Source: a virus (Duplodnaviria; Caudoviricetes). From it: a stretch of DNA of 26,790 nucleotides. The first letter of the stretch is position 1, and each line of letters begins with the position of its first letter. Where the stretch lies: positions 1-26,790 of IMG/VR virus record IMGVR_UViG_3300031519_000179, one strand, 5' to 3'. Below, piece after piece: positions 1 to 7,081 of this stretch. The notes under the pieces are model-generated. The model saw nothing but the letters and a program-made list of their open reading frames with translations. It did not search any database and was not told the origin of the DNA. The translations under genes were made by a program, and so were the position numbers.

Positions 1-60
1 CAAGATACTTAGATCTACGTAAATTAATAACACATACAAAACACACACAGGAGAACTAAA

Positions 61-282
61 ATGACTAATAAAAACCCATTTGAAATTCGAGCTGATATGC
101 TTGGACTTGCTAAAGAATATATGGATCAACAATACCATATGAATATCCAGTTCGCTGAGAACATGATGGAGCAAGGAAATAAAACTGTAGAAGAAGTCAA
201 AGAATCTTATAAGATGTATTCTATGGATGAGTTAATGGAAAAGGCAAAGGAAATGTATTCCTTTGTTTCCAAAAAAGACTAA
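61..282 (+). CDS. Small hypothetical phage protein, 73 aa, Met-rich, probably helical
   Basis: ORF with AGGAG Shine-Dalgarno at 49-53; 10 of 73 residues are Met; no function recognised. Confidence 0.75.
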   Translation: MTNKNPFEIRADMLGLAKEYMDQQYHMNIQFAENMMEQGNKTVEEVKESYKMYSMDELMEKAKEMYSFVSKKD

Positions 283-301
283 AATAATTTTTATTTAACG
301 G

Positions 302-333
302 TTGACATTTTAAATAAAAGTATTATATAAATA
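302..333 (+). promoter_or_regulatory. Composite promoter for hsp20: sigma70-like -35 plus T4 late box
   Basis: TTGACA at 302-307; TATAAA at 326-331 (18-nt spacer) or TATATA at 324-329 (16-nt spacer); exact TATAAATA at 326-333. Confidence 0.7.
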
Positions 334-337
334 TAGA

Positions 338-421
338 TGGAAGCGCCAATGGGTTTCCATCTATAAACGCCGGTCATCTGACGGTAAATTTACATACTCG
401 CTTTATAAGGAGAAAACTATG
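338..421 (+). promoter_or_regulatory. ROSE-like RNA thermometer in the hsp20 5' UTR
   Basis: Three successive hairpins. In the last, CUC-G-CUU (397-403, contains the ROSE motif UCGCU) pairs with AAGGAG (407-412) leaving G400 bulged, and CAUA (393-396) can pair with UAUG (418-421). 5' boundary approximate. Confidence 0.75.
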
Positions 422-865
422 AACACTCGTAGGTTCAACACAGATCTATTAAACGATCCATTTTTTATTGGTTTTGACGATATACTTAACAAGTTAAACC
501 ATCCTGGGCACACCAACGCCTCAAATTATCCACCATACAACTTAATTAAAACTGGAGACGATACATTCCTTATCGAGCTCGCGGTTGCTGGTTTTGATCA
601 GGAAGATTTTGATATTGAATTGCACGATGGTATTTTAACCATCCAAGCAGATGTTAAAGACACAGACTCAGCAACAAATTATTTGCACAAAGGTATAGCT
701 GCAAGAAACTTTGTTCGTAAATTTACTCTTGCTGATACAGTTGAAGTATCAGGTGTATCATTACACAAAGGGATGCTAACAGTTCAATTACTTAACGTAA
801 TACCTGAAAACAAAAGACCGAGGAAAATCGCGATCTCAAATGGTCCTGAACTTCTTATGGAATAA
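419..865 (+). CDS. hsp20: Small heat shock protein (Hsp20/alpha-crystallin family, IbpA-like)
   Basis: Motifs NYPPYNL, IELAVAGF, YLHKGIAARNFVRKFTLAD, GMLTV and C-terminal PRKIAI (IXI motif); SD AAGGAG at 407-412. Confidence 0.96.
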   Translation: MNTRRFNTDLLNDPFFIGFDDILNKLNHPGHTNASNYPPYNLIKTGDDTFLIELAVAGFDQEDFDIELHDGILTIQADVKDTDSATNYLHKGIAARNFVRKFTLADTVEVSGVSLHKGMLTVQLLNVIPENKRPRKIAISNGPELLME

Positions 866-871
866 AATTAG

Positions 872-898
872 AAGGGGAGCGATTAAGCTCCCCTTTTT
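872..898 (+). terminator. Rho-independent terminator between convergent hsp20 and tape-measure-like gene
   Basis: Perfect 9-bp stem AAGGGGAGC (872-880) / GCTCCCCTT (887-895), loop GATTAA, T run 894-898. A weaker T-rich tail on the minus strand suggests possible bidirectional use. Confidence 0.85.
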
Positions 899-2840
899 AA
901 TGCACTCCGCCCGGTCTTGAAAATACATCTAGATCTGATGTATTTTTTCCAAGCGAGTTTATCACAGTTCTAGTAGATCCACCCTGCACACTATTATTTG
1001 TAATTGGCGCTAATGTTACGGGCGCGTAGGTAACTGCGCCAGCCACTTGATTCATAGCTGCACCAGCCACTTGATTTATACCAGACATTATCGGTTGAAA
1101 GCTTTCATCAAAATAACTTTTAAGAAATTGACCTCCAGGAGTTGTTTCCGGAACTACCGCTTCTCTTCCGTGAAGTACAGCAAAAGATCCTTTACCAAAG
1201 TCTTGGAACCCCCTTGTGCCTTCTGCAAATTGCGCAGCACCGACCATATCTTCCCAAAGGTCCATATTTTTTTGGTTTTCTTCTAACATTGCTTTTGTAG
1301 GCAGGCCCTTGACCTTTGAAGCTCTATCACGTATTGCTTTCCGCCCAAAATAAATCATCGCTTCCGCGCCGTCTTCAGGGTCAGTTGCACCAGTATTGTA
1401 TATATACCGCTGGAGATCTTTAAAACTTTCTGCATCTCCGGAAAGTGCTTTAAATACTCTGTCCTGGTTTTGATTAGCAGTGATACCTTGATCTGCATCT
1501 AACGGCATATTACCAAGAGCCGCGTTGTTTTCAGCTACAACCTTTTTAGCCGCGTCTATTTGCGCTTGGGGTAGGAACAAATTTGTTCTTCTTTCAGCTT
1601 CCATAGTAACGCGGCGTATTTCCTGTGCTTGCTCTTCAGTCGCGGTCCCGGCCTTTGCTGCTTCGATTGCAGGCGCAAGCTTTTCAACATCTTTTTTAAA
1701 TTCAACAGCGGCCTTGTCTTTTTTATCTTTTAGCCAATCAAATAATACTTTGCCGATACCAAGAGCAAAACCGATCGCTGCGCCTACTAATGCACCTTGC
1801 GGGCCAAACATCATACCAAAAGCAGCGCCTGACGTCGTCATCGAAACAACATCAACGCCTGCCTTAGCAACACCTGCAACGGGTTTTGGAAAGTCTTGGT
1901 CGTCAATCCAACTTTTCAGCTCATCACCGTATGTGATATACGCACCAAGAACTGCAGCACCTATAGTTGCACCTAATAATGCGCGTCTTCTTGGAAATCT
2001 GCTCAAAGGATTACCATTTATATCGACTGAGTCTCTCATGAAACTCGTAATACTTTTTCTAAAACCAGGTGAAGTTGCCACAGCCGTCACGGATGCACCA
2101 AGCGCGCCCATTACGCCTTGCGCTGCAGTTTCCATCCGCATTTCTTTACCAAAAATAGTAACCATTTTATCTTTATCTAAACCCAACGCGTCAAGTACAT
2201 CGTCGCCGAATGAGGCCGCTGCGCCCGCTGCTGCACCAACTAAACCCATTCGCCTGCCAAATGCAAGACCTATCATGCCACCAATTCCTGCAAAGTTTGC
2301 TGCCTCGCCAAAATTTGTTGCAGTAGCTCCATCCGCACCAAGTTGTAAAAGACCTTTCTCGGTTAGATCTCCTAAAATTTTTCCAACAGTAGGAGCTAAT
2401 GTCGTAAGTAACGCTGCTTTTAAAGGCGCTTTGAGCATACCTAAAAGACCTGCAGCTGCAGCGCCGCCAAACCCTCCTACACCCGCTACTCCGAATAAAT
2501 TTCCTAAGCCAAATCCGTTATCGGCAGAAATAGTCTTTGATGGTCTTGTGTCCTGTTCGCGTTCGACGTTTGTGCTGGGTCGATTGGCGACTGCTAAACG
2601 CTCAGCTTCTTCGATTTGACTCTTACGATTATCAACATCTGCTAGTCTAAGTTGGAGAGCGAGAGTCTTGCTTAGAATTTCTGTTTGGTTTATTATATTC
2701 TCGTTTATAGCGCTAAAAACACTTTCAAACTTGCCAAAATCTGTACGCAGCGATTTTATTGAGTTTGTACCAGTATTTCTAGTTAGCTGACCTTCAGCTT
2801 CAAGGCGAGCAACTATTTTATCGCTGATGTCTTCTGCCAC
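897..2840 (-). CDS. Tape-measure / baseplate hub protein (functional equivalent of T4 gp29), 647 aa, GTG start
   Basis: N-terminal coiled-coil-like region, central Gly/Ala-rich hydrophobic segments, C-terminal FAEGT..G..A.LHG.EAVVP motif of the kind seen in tape-measure proteins; lies directly downstream of gp26/gp51-like genes. Confidence 0.7.
   Translation of the reverse strand: MAEDISDKIVARLEAEGQLTRNTGTNSIKSLRTDFGKFESVFSAINENIINQTEILSKTLALQLRLADVDNRKSQIEEAERLAVANRPSTNVEREQDTRPSKTISADNGFGLGNLFGVAGVGGFGGAAAAGLLGMLKAPLKAALLTTLAPTVGKILGDLTEKGLLQLGADGATATNFGEAANFAGIGGMIGLAFGRRMGLVGAAAGAAASFGDDVLDALGLDKDKMVTIFGKEMRMETAAQGVMGALGASVTAVATSPGFRKSITSFMRDSVDINGNPLSRFPRRRALLGATIGAAVLGAYITYGDELKSWIDDQDFPKPVAGVAKAGVDVVSMTTSGAAFGMMFGPQGALVGAAIGFALGIGKVLFDWLKDKKDKAAVEFKKDVEKLAPAIEAAKAGTATEEQAQEIRRVTMEAERRTNLFLPQAQIDAAKKVVAENNAALGNMPLDADQGITANQNQDRVFKALSGDAESFKDLQRYIYNTGATDPEDGAEAMIYFGRKAIRDRASKVKGLPTKAMLEENQKNMDLWEDMVGAAQFAEGTRGFQDFGKGSFAVLHGREAVVPETTPGGQFLKSYFDESFQPIMSGINQVAGAAMNQVAGAVTYAPVTLAPITNNSVQGGSTRTVINSLGKNTSDLDVFSRPGGVH
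1034..1081. repeat. In-frame 24-nt tandem duplication (2 copies, 21/24 identical) encoding NQVAGA twice
   Basis: ctgcgccagccacttgattcatag (1034-1057) and ctgcaccagccacttgatttatac (1058-1081). Confidence 0.8.
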
Positions 2841-2843
2841 TTT

Positions 2844-3014
2844 TTATTTCCTTTTACTCTCTTCGACTCTTTTTATGTATTCTACTAGCATTTCAAAATA
2901 GAGATCTCTCTCGTATGGTATTAAGTTTTCTACTTCTGATATTTGGTACTTATGATGCTGCGCCAATTGAAAAATAATTTGATAATATATCGCAAGATTT
3001 ATGTGGGACAGCAT
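2844..3014 (-). CDS. gp51-like baseplate hub assembly protein, 56 aa (absent from ORF track); possibly also the C-terminal part of a frameshift fusion
   Basis: Manual translation MLSHINLAIYYQIIFQLAQHHKYQISEVENLIPYERDLYFEMLVEYIKRVEESKRK*. The QHHKY..SE.EN..P.ER..Y pattern matches the short gp51-like proteins that follow gp26 in T4-like cyanophages; ATG overlaps the upstream TAA (TAATG). Confidence 0.85.
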   Translation of the reverse strand: MLSHINLAIYYQIIFQLAQHHKYQISEVENLIPYERDLYFEMLVEYIKRVEESKRK

Positions 3015-3715
3015 TATATAAAAAAACTTTTCATACCCTCCAAGACAAAAACTTTATCATCGCCGTTTTTATTTACGTAAGGCATCTCATGTCTTAACTT
3101 TGGCATAGTATCAAAAAAGTGTTTTACATTTACTAATACATCGCTACTCATATCGTCCATAAAATTATCTATTTCTTCACGCGGAAAGTCTTTAAAATTG
3201 TGTACTTCATCTTCAGATGCAACTTTATCTAAACACGATATCATAATGTTATATGTAACTAAAGGATCATTTCCATCGCCTTCGACAAATTCAACAAATT
3301 CATTAATAGTTGGATACTTTAAAAACAAAGTATATTCTTCGTTTACTTTTATTTGCTTAGTATGACCTTCAGATGTGGTTACTTTTACATCGTCTAAGTT
3401 TAATTCAAGTTCTATGCTTTCGTCTGTATCAGGATCTTTTATTGCGAACTTTACATTATTATCAACAGACTTGGATCTTAATAATAAAAGTATATACTCA
3501 AGGTCAAACATTGAAAAATTATCAGCATCTACATCTATTAAACAATTATTTACAACTTGTTTTACGGAATTGATAGATAATTTTATATCATCGCCTTCTT
3601 GCGCAATTAATAGTATTTTTTCTTCCTTGACGGTAAACGGTCTATATCTTATTATATCACCCGAAGACGGAAGTACCATCTCAAACGTAGGCATGTCAAT
3701 TTTTGGTAGTGGCAT
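3014..3715 (-). CDS. 26: gp26-like baseplate hub assembly chaperone
   Basis: MPLPKI..P, RPFTVKEEKILL, FDLEYI...LRSKSV, LKYPT, FFDTMPKL, LEG..SFF motifs of the T4 gp26 family; SD AGGAG at 3730-3726. Confidence 0.88.
   Translation of the reverse strand: MPLPKIDMPTFEMVLPSSGDIIRYRPFTVKEEKILLIAQEGDDIKLSINSVKQVVNNCLIDVDADNFSMFDLEYILLLLRSKSVDNNVKFAIKDPDTDESIELELNLDDVKVTTSEGHTKQIKVNEEYTLFLKYPTINEFVEFVEGDGNDPLVTYNIMISCLDKVASEDEVHNFKDFPREEIDNFMDDMSSDVLVNVKHFFDTMPKLRHEMPYVNKNGDDKVFVLEGMKSFFI
3020..3041 (-). promoter_or_regulatory. Candidate -1 programmed ribosomal frameshift cassette
   Basis: Minus strand reads TTG GAG GGT ATG AAA AGT TTT TTT ATA TAA TG: GGAGG (3041-3037), 10-nt spacer, heptamer T TTT TTT (3026-3020); the -1 frame is open into the gp51-like ORF. 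Confidence 0.55.
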
Positions 3716-3733
3716 TCTATATTATCTCCTGTT

Positions 3734-4540
3734 TCAAAATATATTCCGTAAACCATTTAATCCTGATTTGATTTGCGAAAACGAATTATTTATATTGCTT
3801 TTAATTTGACCATATCTTGTAAATGCATTTACAGCATCTTGAATAGAAACCGGTAGATCACCCTGCCTTGTCATCACGCCGGTTGTTCCTAAAGTATTAA
3901 TGTAATCTACGAAACCTGTTCCTCGCGAAAATCTTTCAACTGGTGAACCTGTTCTTGAACTTGTAACAGACATATGTGCATATGCAAAATTAATAGTTGC
4001 AGTTGCAAACGAATCGTTATCAGCCCACGATACATCAACACCACTAACTTGAGTTGGGAATGCATCATATAACGTATATTCATAATACTTTTGTGATTCG
4101 TCACTGCCATCAGTACTGTAGTGCTTAATTGATATATTACATGCGAAATCTCTTTTATAACCTATTTCATAAGGAAGCTGGTCATTTACCGCGGAAAAAG
4201 CTCCGTCTGAATAGTTGTAATTAATTACAGATTGCATCCACTGATGGAAAAATCGAAGCGCCATATGGTCAGAATCCAGCATAAACACTGCATTAAATTG
4301 GTCTGGCTGCACCGCGGTTGGAATAGATTGCTTAACACCAAAAGCGTTTGGATAATAATCCACGACACTGTAGTTTAAGCCGGGTATCGTTGCGGTTTGG
4401 CAGAAAAATCTAAGATCTCGCATTGACATACCATCTGACGCAATCGGCCCATTTAAAATTTCAACAACATATAAGTTTTTACGTGCGGGCCCGCCGTACT
4501 TATTCATAGTACTTTTAAATTCGTTTAGTTTAAATGGCAT
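3734..4540 (-). CDS. Tail tube family protein, most likely gp54-like baseplate-tail tube initiator
   Basis: G.AR.N.Y.V, C....IPG, FF.QW...V, Y.L.DAFP..V....SW motifs of the T4 gp19/gp54 tube fold; baseplate gene context. Confidence 0.75.
   Translation of the reverse strand: MPFKLNEFKSTMNKYGGPARKNLYVVEILNGPIASDGMSMRDLRFFCQTATIPGLNYSVVDYYPNAFGVKQSIPTAVQPDQFNAVFMLDSDHMALRFFHQWMQSVINYNYSDGAFSAVNDQLPYEIGYKRDFACNISIKHYSTDGSDESQKYYEYTLYDAFPTQVSGVDVSWADNDSFATATINFAYAHMSVTSSRTGSPVERFSRGTGFVDYINTLGTTGVMTRQGDLPVSIQDAVNAFTRYGQIKSNINNSFSQIKSGLNGLRNIF
3787..3794 (-). promoter_or_regulatory. T4-type late promoter inside the 3' end of the gp54-like gene, pointing at gp26
   Basis: Plus strand TATTTATA = TATAAATA on minus, about 70 nt upstream of the gp26 ATG. 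Confidence 0.6.
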
Positions 4541-5155
4541 TTATCCAGCTCCGCCTCTTATTGTTTTTCTCGAGTCTGCCCAGACTCTTCCTTTTGAAGA
4601 TTTTTCAAATTGTTCAGATGGTAAGAATAAAGCAATATCCCATTCAGTAGGATGTATATATACTAGTTTTGTTCTTATCTGAGACATTAAATAATGTTTC
4701 ACTGTAGGTTTGAATTCTCTATATTTTGCAGCGCCGTTAAGAATACTATATGATACTTGCATCTTTGTAGTTTCATCGTATTGCTGGTTTCCCGCTACTT
4801 CATATAAAGCATCCATTAAATTTGCTCGTAAAGGCAGGGGCAAGTAGTGAAAGTTCATACCAAGAAAGCCGCCTTTAGCTTTATTTATCGGAAATATAAG
4901 AGGAAACCGATCATAATAAGGAAGAGTTTCTTTATGTTTAGGATCATATAAAAACGTATACATATTACCAATACGAAATCTACTTTCATACCGATCTTCA
5001 CCCATTTGGCGAATAAGTTTCGTTTCTTGTATGCTCGATCTCGCCACTTTACTTGCTTGGCTACGATACCAATCGCGCGCTTGCTTTGTTCGAGCTGGAA
5101 CATTGCCTGAGCGAATACCCTTTAAAAGAATATCGTCAAATATTTTTGCTGTCAT
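4541..5155 (-). CDS. 2: DNA end protector protein (T4 gp2 family)
   Basis: YDPKHKETLPYYDRFPLIFP, GFLGMNFHYLP, K.YL..Q.R, EWDIALFLP.EQF..VW.DS motifs. Confidence 0.93.
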   Translation of the reverse strand: MTAKIFDDILLKGIRSGNVPARTKQARDWYRSQASKVARSSIQETKLIRQMGEDRYESRFRIGNMYTFLYDPKHKETLPYYDRFPLIFPINKAKGGFLGMNFHYLPLPLRANLMDALYEVAGNQQYDETTKMQVSYSILNGAAKYREFKPTVKHYLMSQIRTKLVYIHPTEWDIALFLPSEQFEKSSKGRVWADSRKTIRGGAG

Positions 5156-5613
5156 TACTTAATCCCTAATTCATGCTCAGTAAATATTTCAAATTTCCAT
5201 CCCCTATCCGCGCAATATTGGCGTGCAGCTTTCCACTTAGACTCGTTAACACCATAGGTTTTAACTTCGTTTATGTATCTTCTCGAAAGCCTCCCTGAAG
5301 GAGTTGAATTTTTCTTTTTAATATCTGGCGGTCTTGTTTGTGCGTAAGGTTTTATCTCTATCATAATGGTCTCGGTCGTGCTATCAGGTAATCGTTTTTT
5401 TACAACTACGTCAGGATAATATCTGTGTCTTTTTCCATCTATTGGAGACATATAAGGAACTATTACTTCTTCAGATTGCCACCACAACACGTCTGGGTGA
5501 TCGTCAATATAACGAAAGAATTTAAATTCCCACAATGATCTGTATATGATCTTTGAAGGGTCTCCCTTATATTTTCCTGGGTGTTTCGGCCTAAACCGTC
5601 CTTTATAAGCCAC
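5155..5613 (-). CDS. 4: Head completion nuclease (T4 gp4 family), 152 aa; start revised to GTG at 5613
   Basis: (M)AYKGRFRPKHPGKYKGD...YRSLWE, W.SEE..PY, HRYYPD, IEIKP, KW.AA...C...GW.F...TE motifs. Family members begin at MAY.G.F, and the longer ORF-track start overlaps the promoter region. Confidence 0.92.
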   Translation of the reverse strand: MAYKGRFRPKHPGKYKGDPSKIIYRSLWEFKFFRYIDDHPDVLWWQSEEVIVPYMSPIDGKRHRYYPDVVVKKRLPDSTTETIMIEIKPYAQTRPPDIKKKNSTPSGRLSRRYINEVKTYGVNESKWKAARQYCADRGWKFEIFTEHELGIK

Positions 5614-5631
5614 GTGGGGTCCAATGTTTTG

Positions 5632-5639
5632 TATAAATA
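5632..5639 (+). promoter_or_regulatory. T4-type late promoter for gp48 and downstream baseplate genes
   Basis: Exact TATAAATA about 50 nt upstream of the gp48 TTG start. Confidence 0.8.
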
Positions 5640-5667
5640 GAATCAAAAGTACTAACGTATATATCTC

Positions 5668-5675
5668 TATTTATA
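5668..5675 (-). promoter_or_regulatory. T4-type late promoter for the gp4-gp2-gp54 block
   Basis: Plus strand TATTTATA = TATAAATA on minus, about 55 nt upstream of the gp4 GTG. Confidence 0.8.
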
Positions 5676-5688
5676 AAGGAATACGAAT

Positions 5689-6690
5689 TTGCCCGGACCT
5701 GGATATGGCTATTTTGATAGACCAGAACAAGCAATCGCGAATAGCAAGAACTCACAAAGCTCGTCATTTTTAAATTTCCCTTTAAATATTGGAGCGCACA
5801 GTATACTCTTGGCGTTTAACAAATACGCCTTCGTTCCTCCTGGAGAAAGGGGATTAAATTCGTTAGATGGTGGTTCTATCAGGAACCGTCGCGCAGGGGG
5901 TTTTGGTCCTATACCAAGAGGAACTGACGTAATACAATTACCTTTGCCGGCCAACATTCAAGATACTTATAATGTTCGAACGAGTGGCAATGACCTGGGC
6001 GTTGGCGGCGGGTATGCGGCAGAGGGGGCAGCAGGATTTGCTGGCGCGGGTGATATAACTGCAGGCGCACTGGGCGGCATTTTAGGCAACGCCCTTCCTC
6101 AAGTAAATTGGCAGCAGATACTAAATCCGGATTTAGATCAAGCTTCGAAAAACGTTTCCTTTCTCGGAAGAAGAGCAATAGATAGTTTACTTTCTGGAGC
6201 GGGCCGCGCCGTTGACCAAGGTTTAGGAAACACAGTTAATCCTAAATCATCTTTGTTTTTCGAAGGTGTGAATTTAAAACAATTTGATTTTAGCTGGACT
6301 CTCGCTCCTACCGAAAGCGCAGAATCTAATAGAATAAGAGATATTATAACAACAATTAGAAGAAACATTCTGCCTACATACGGGAGTGCAGTGGGCTTAA
6401 ATAAAGTTTTACTAAATTACCCTAGCACAGTCGACATATTCTTTTTAGGTATCGACGACAGCTATTTCTTTAAATATAAAACATGTATGGTTCAGCAATT
6501 TCAAAATAATTATACTCCAAATGGGTTAGCTATTGTTACTGGCGGTAAACCGGCTATGGTATCAATGAATATGACTCTTATGGAAATGGACATTCACACG
6601 TCTGAAGATTACGGGGGTGTTGGTTCGGGGACGGGTGCCACAATAAGCACCGAAGATGCGATGCCCCTTCAGGTCACGGGAGCGAGGTAA
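5689..6690 (+). CDS. 48: Baseplate tail tube cap (T4 gp48 family), TTG start
   Basis: I.LPLP.NI.D, NP....F.G.....F.FSW.L.P....E...I.DII, YP....I, C......NYTPNG motifs; AAGGA SD just upstream. Confidence 0.85.
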   Translation: MPGPGYGYFDRPEQAIANSKNSQSSSFLNFPLNIGAHSILLAFNKYAFVPPGERGLNSLDGGSIRNRRAGGFGPIPRGTDVIQLPLPANIQDTYNVRTSGNDLGVGGGYAAEGAAGFAGAGDITAGALGGILGNALPQVNWQQILNPDLDQASKNVSFLGRRAIDSLLSGAGRAVDQGLGNTVNPKSSLFFEGVNLKQFDFSWTLAPTESAESNRIRDIITTIRRNILPTYGSAVGLNKVLLNYPSTVDIFFLGIDDSYFFKYKTCMVQQFQNNYTPNGLAIVTGGKPAMVSMNMTLMEMDIHTSEDYGGVGSGTGATISTEDAMPLQVTGAR

Positions 6691-6695
6691 GTTAA

Positions 6696-7079
6696 ATGAG
6701 CGGAGAATATTTTGATAAATTTCCAGAAATAAAATATAATAATGTTCTTGTTAAAGATATAACGAGGAGAGTAAAATTTTTAAAGGAAAGCCTGGAAGAT
6801 CCTTTTACCTTTTTGCCATATACGGTTAAAGAAGGTGAACGCGCTGAAGATATCGCGTATCATTATTACGGTGATGCGAATTATGCCTGGCTAGTATATT
6901 TAGCAAACGATATTATAGATCCATACAACGAATGGCCAATGGACGAACACACGTTTAATCAATATTTAATGGCTAAATATGCTGGCACTGTTGGCGATCT
7001 CAAAGGGTACGAGTTAGTCGATTTTATTAGAAATACAACCATAACAGATAATGTACTCTATTATTACAAGGAAGTGTAA
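6696..7079 (+). CDS. 53: Baseplate wedge protein gp53, N-terminal (LysM-like) part
   Basis: YF..FP.I.Y, Y.V.EGERAE.IA..YYGD....W.V.L.N.I.DP..EWP signature; ends at 127 aa without the usual C-terminal helix. Confidence 0.88.
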   Translation: MSGEYFDKFPEIKYNNVLVKDITRRVKFLKESLEDPFTFLPYTVKEGERAEDIAYHYYGDANYAWLVYLANDIIDPYNEWPMDEHTFNQYLMAKYAGTVGDLKGYELVDFIRNTTITDNVLYYYKEV

Positions 7080-7081
7080 AA

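Noticed and set aside
289-365. CIRCE or sigma32 heat-shock element upstream of hsp20
   Set aside because: No TTAGCACTC-N9-GAGTGCTAA and no convincing CTTGAA/CCCCAT pair.
1525-2619. 364-aa plus-strand ORF antisense to the tape-measure-like gene
   Set aside because: Fully nested, codon-mirrored shadow of Gly/Ala-rich coding sequence; Pro/Ala/Ser-rich with no motif, SD or promoter.
5155-5646. TnsA-like PD-(D/E)xK nuclease as a transposase or homing endonuclease; 163-aa start
   Set aside because: It is the conserved gp4 head-completion protein next to gp2, with no mobile-element ends; the extra N-terminal residues overlap the promoter region.
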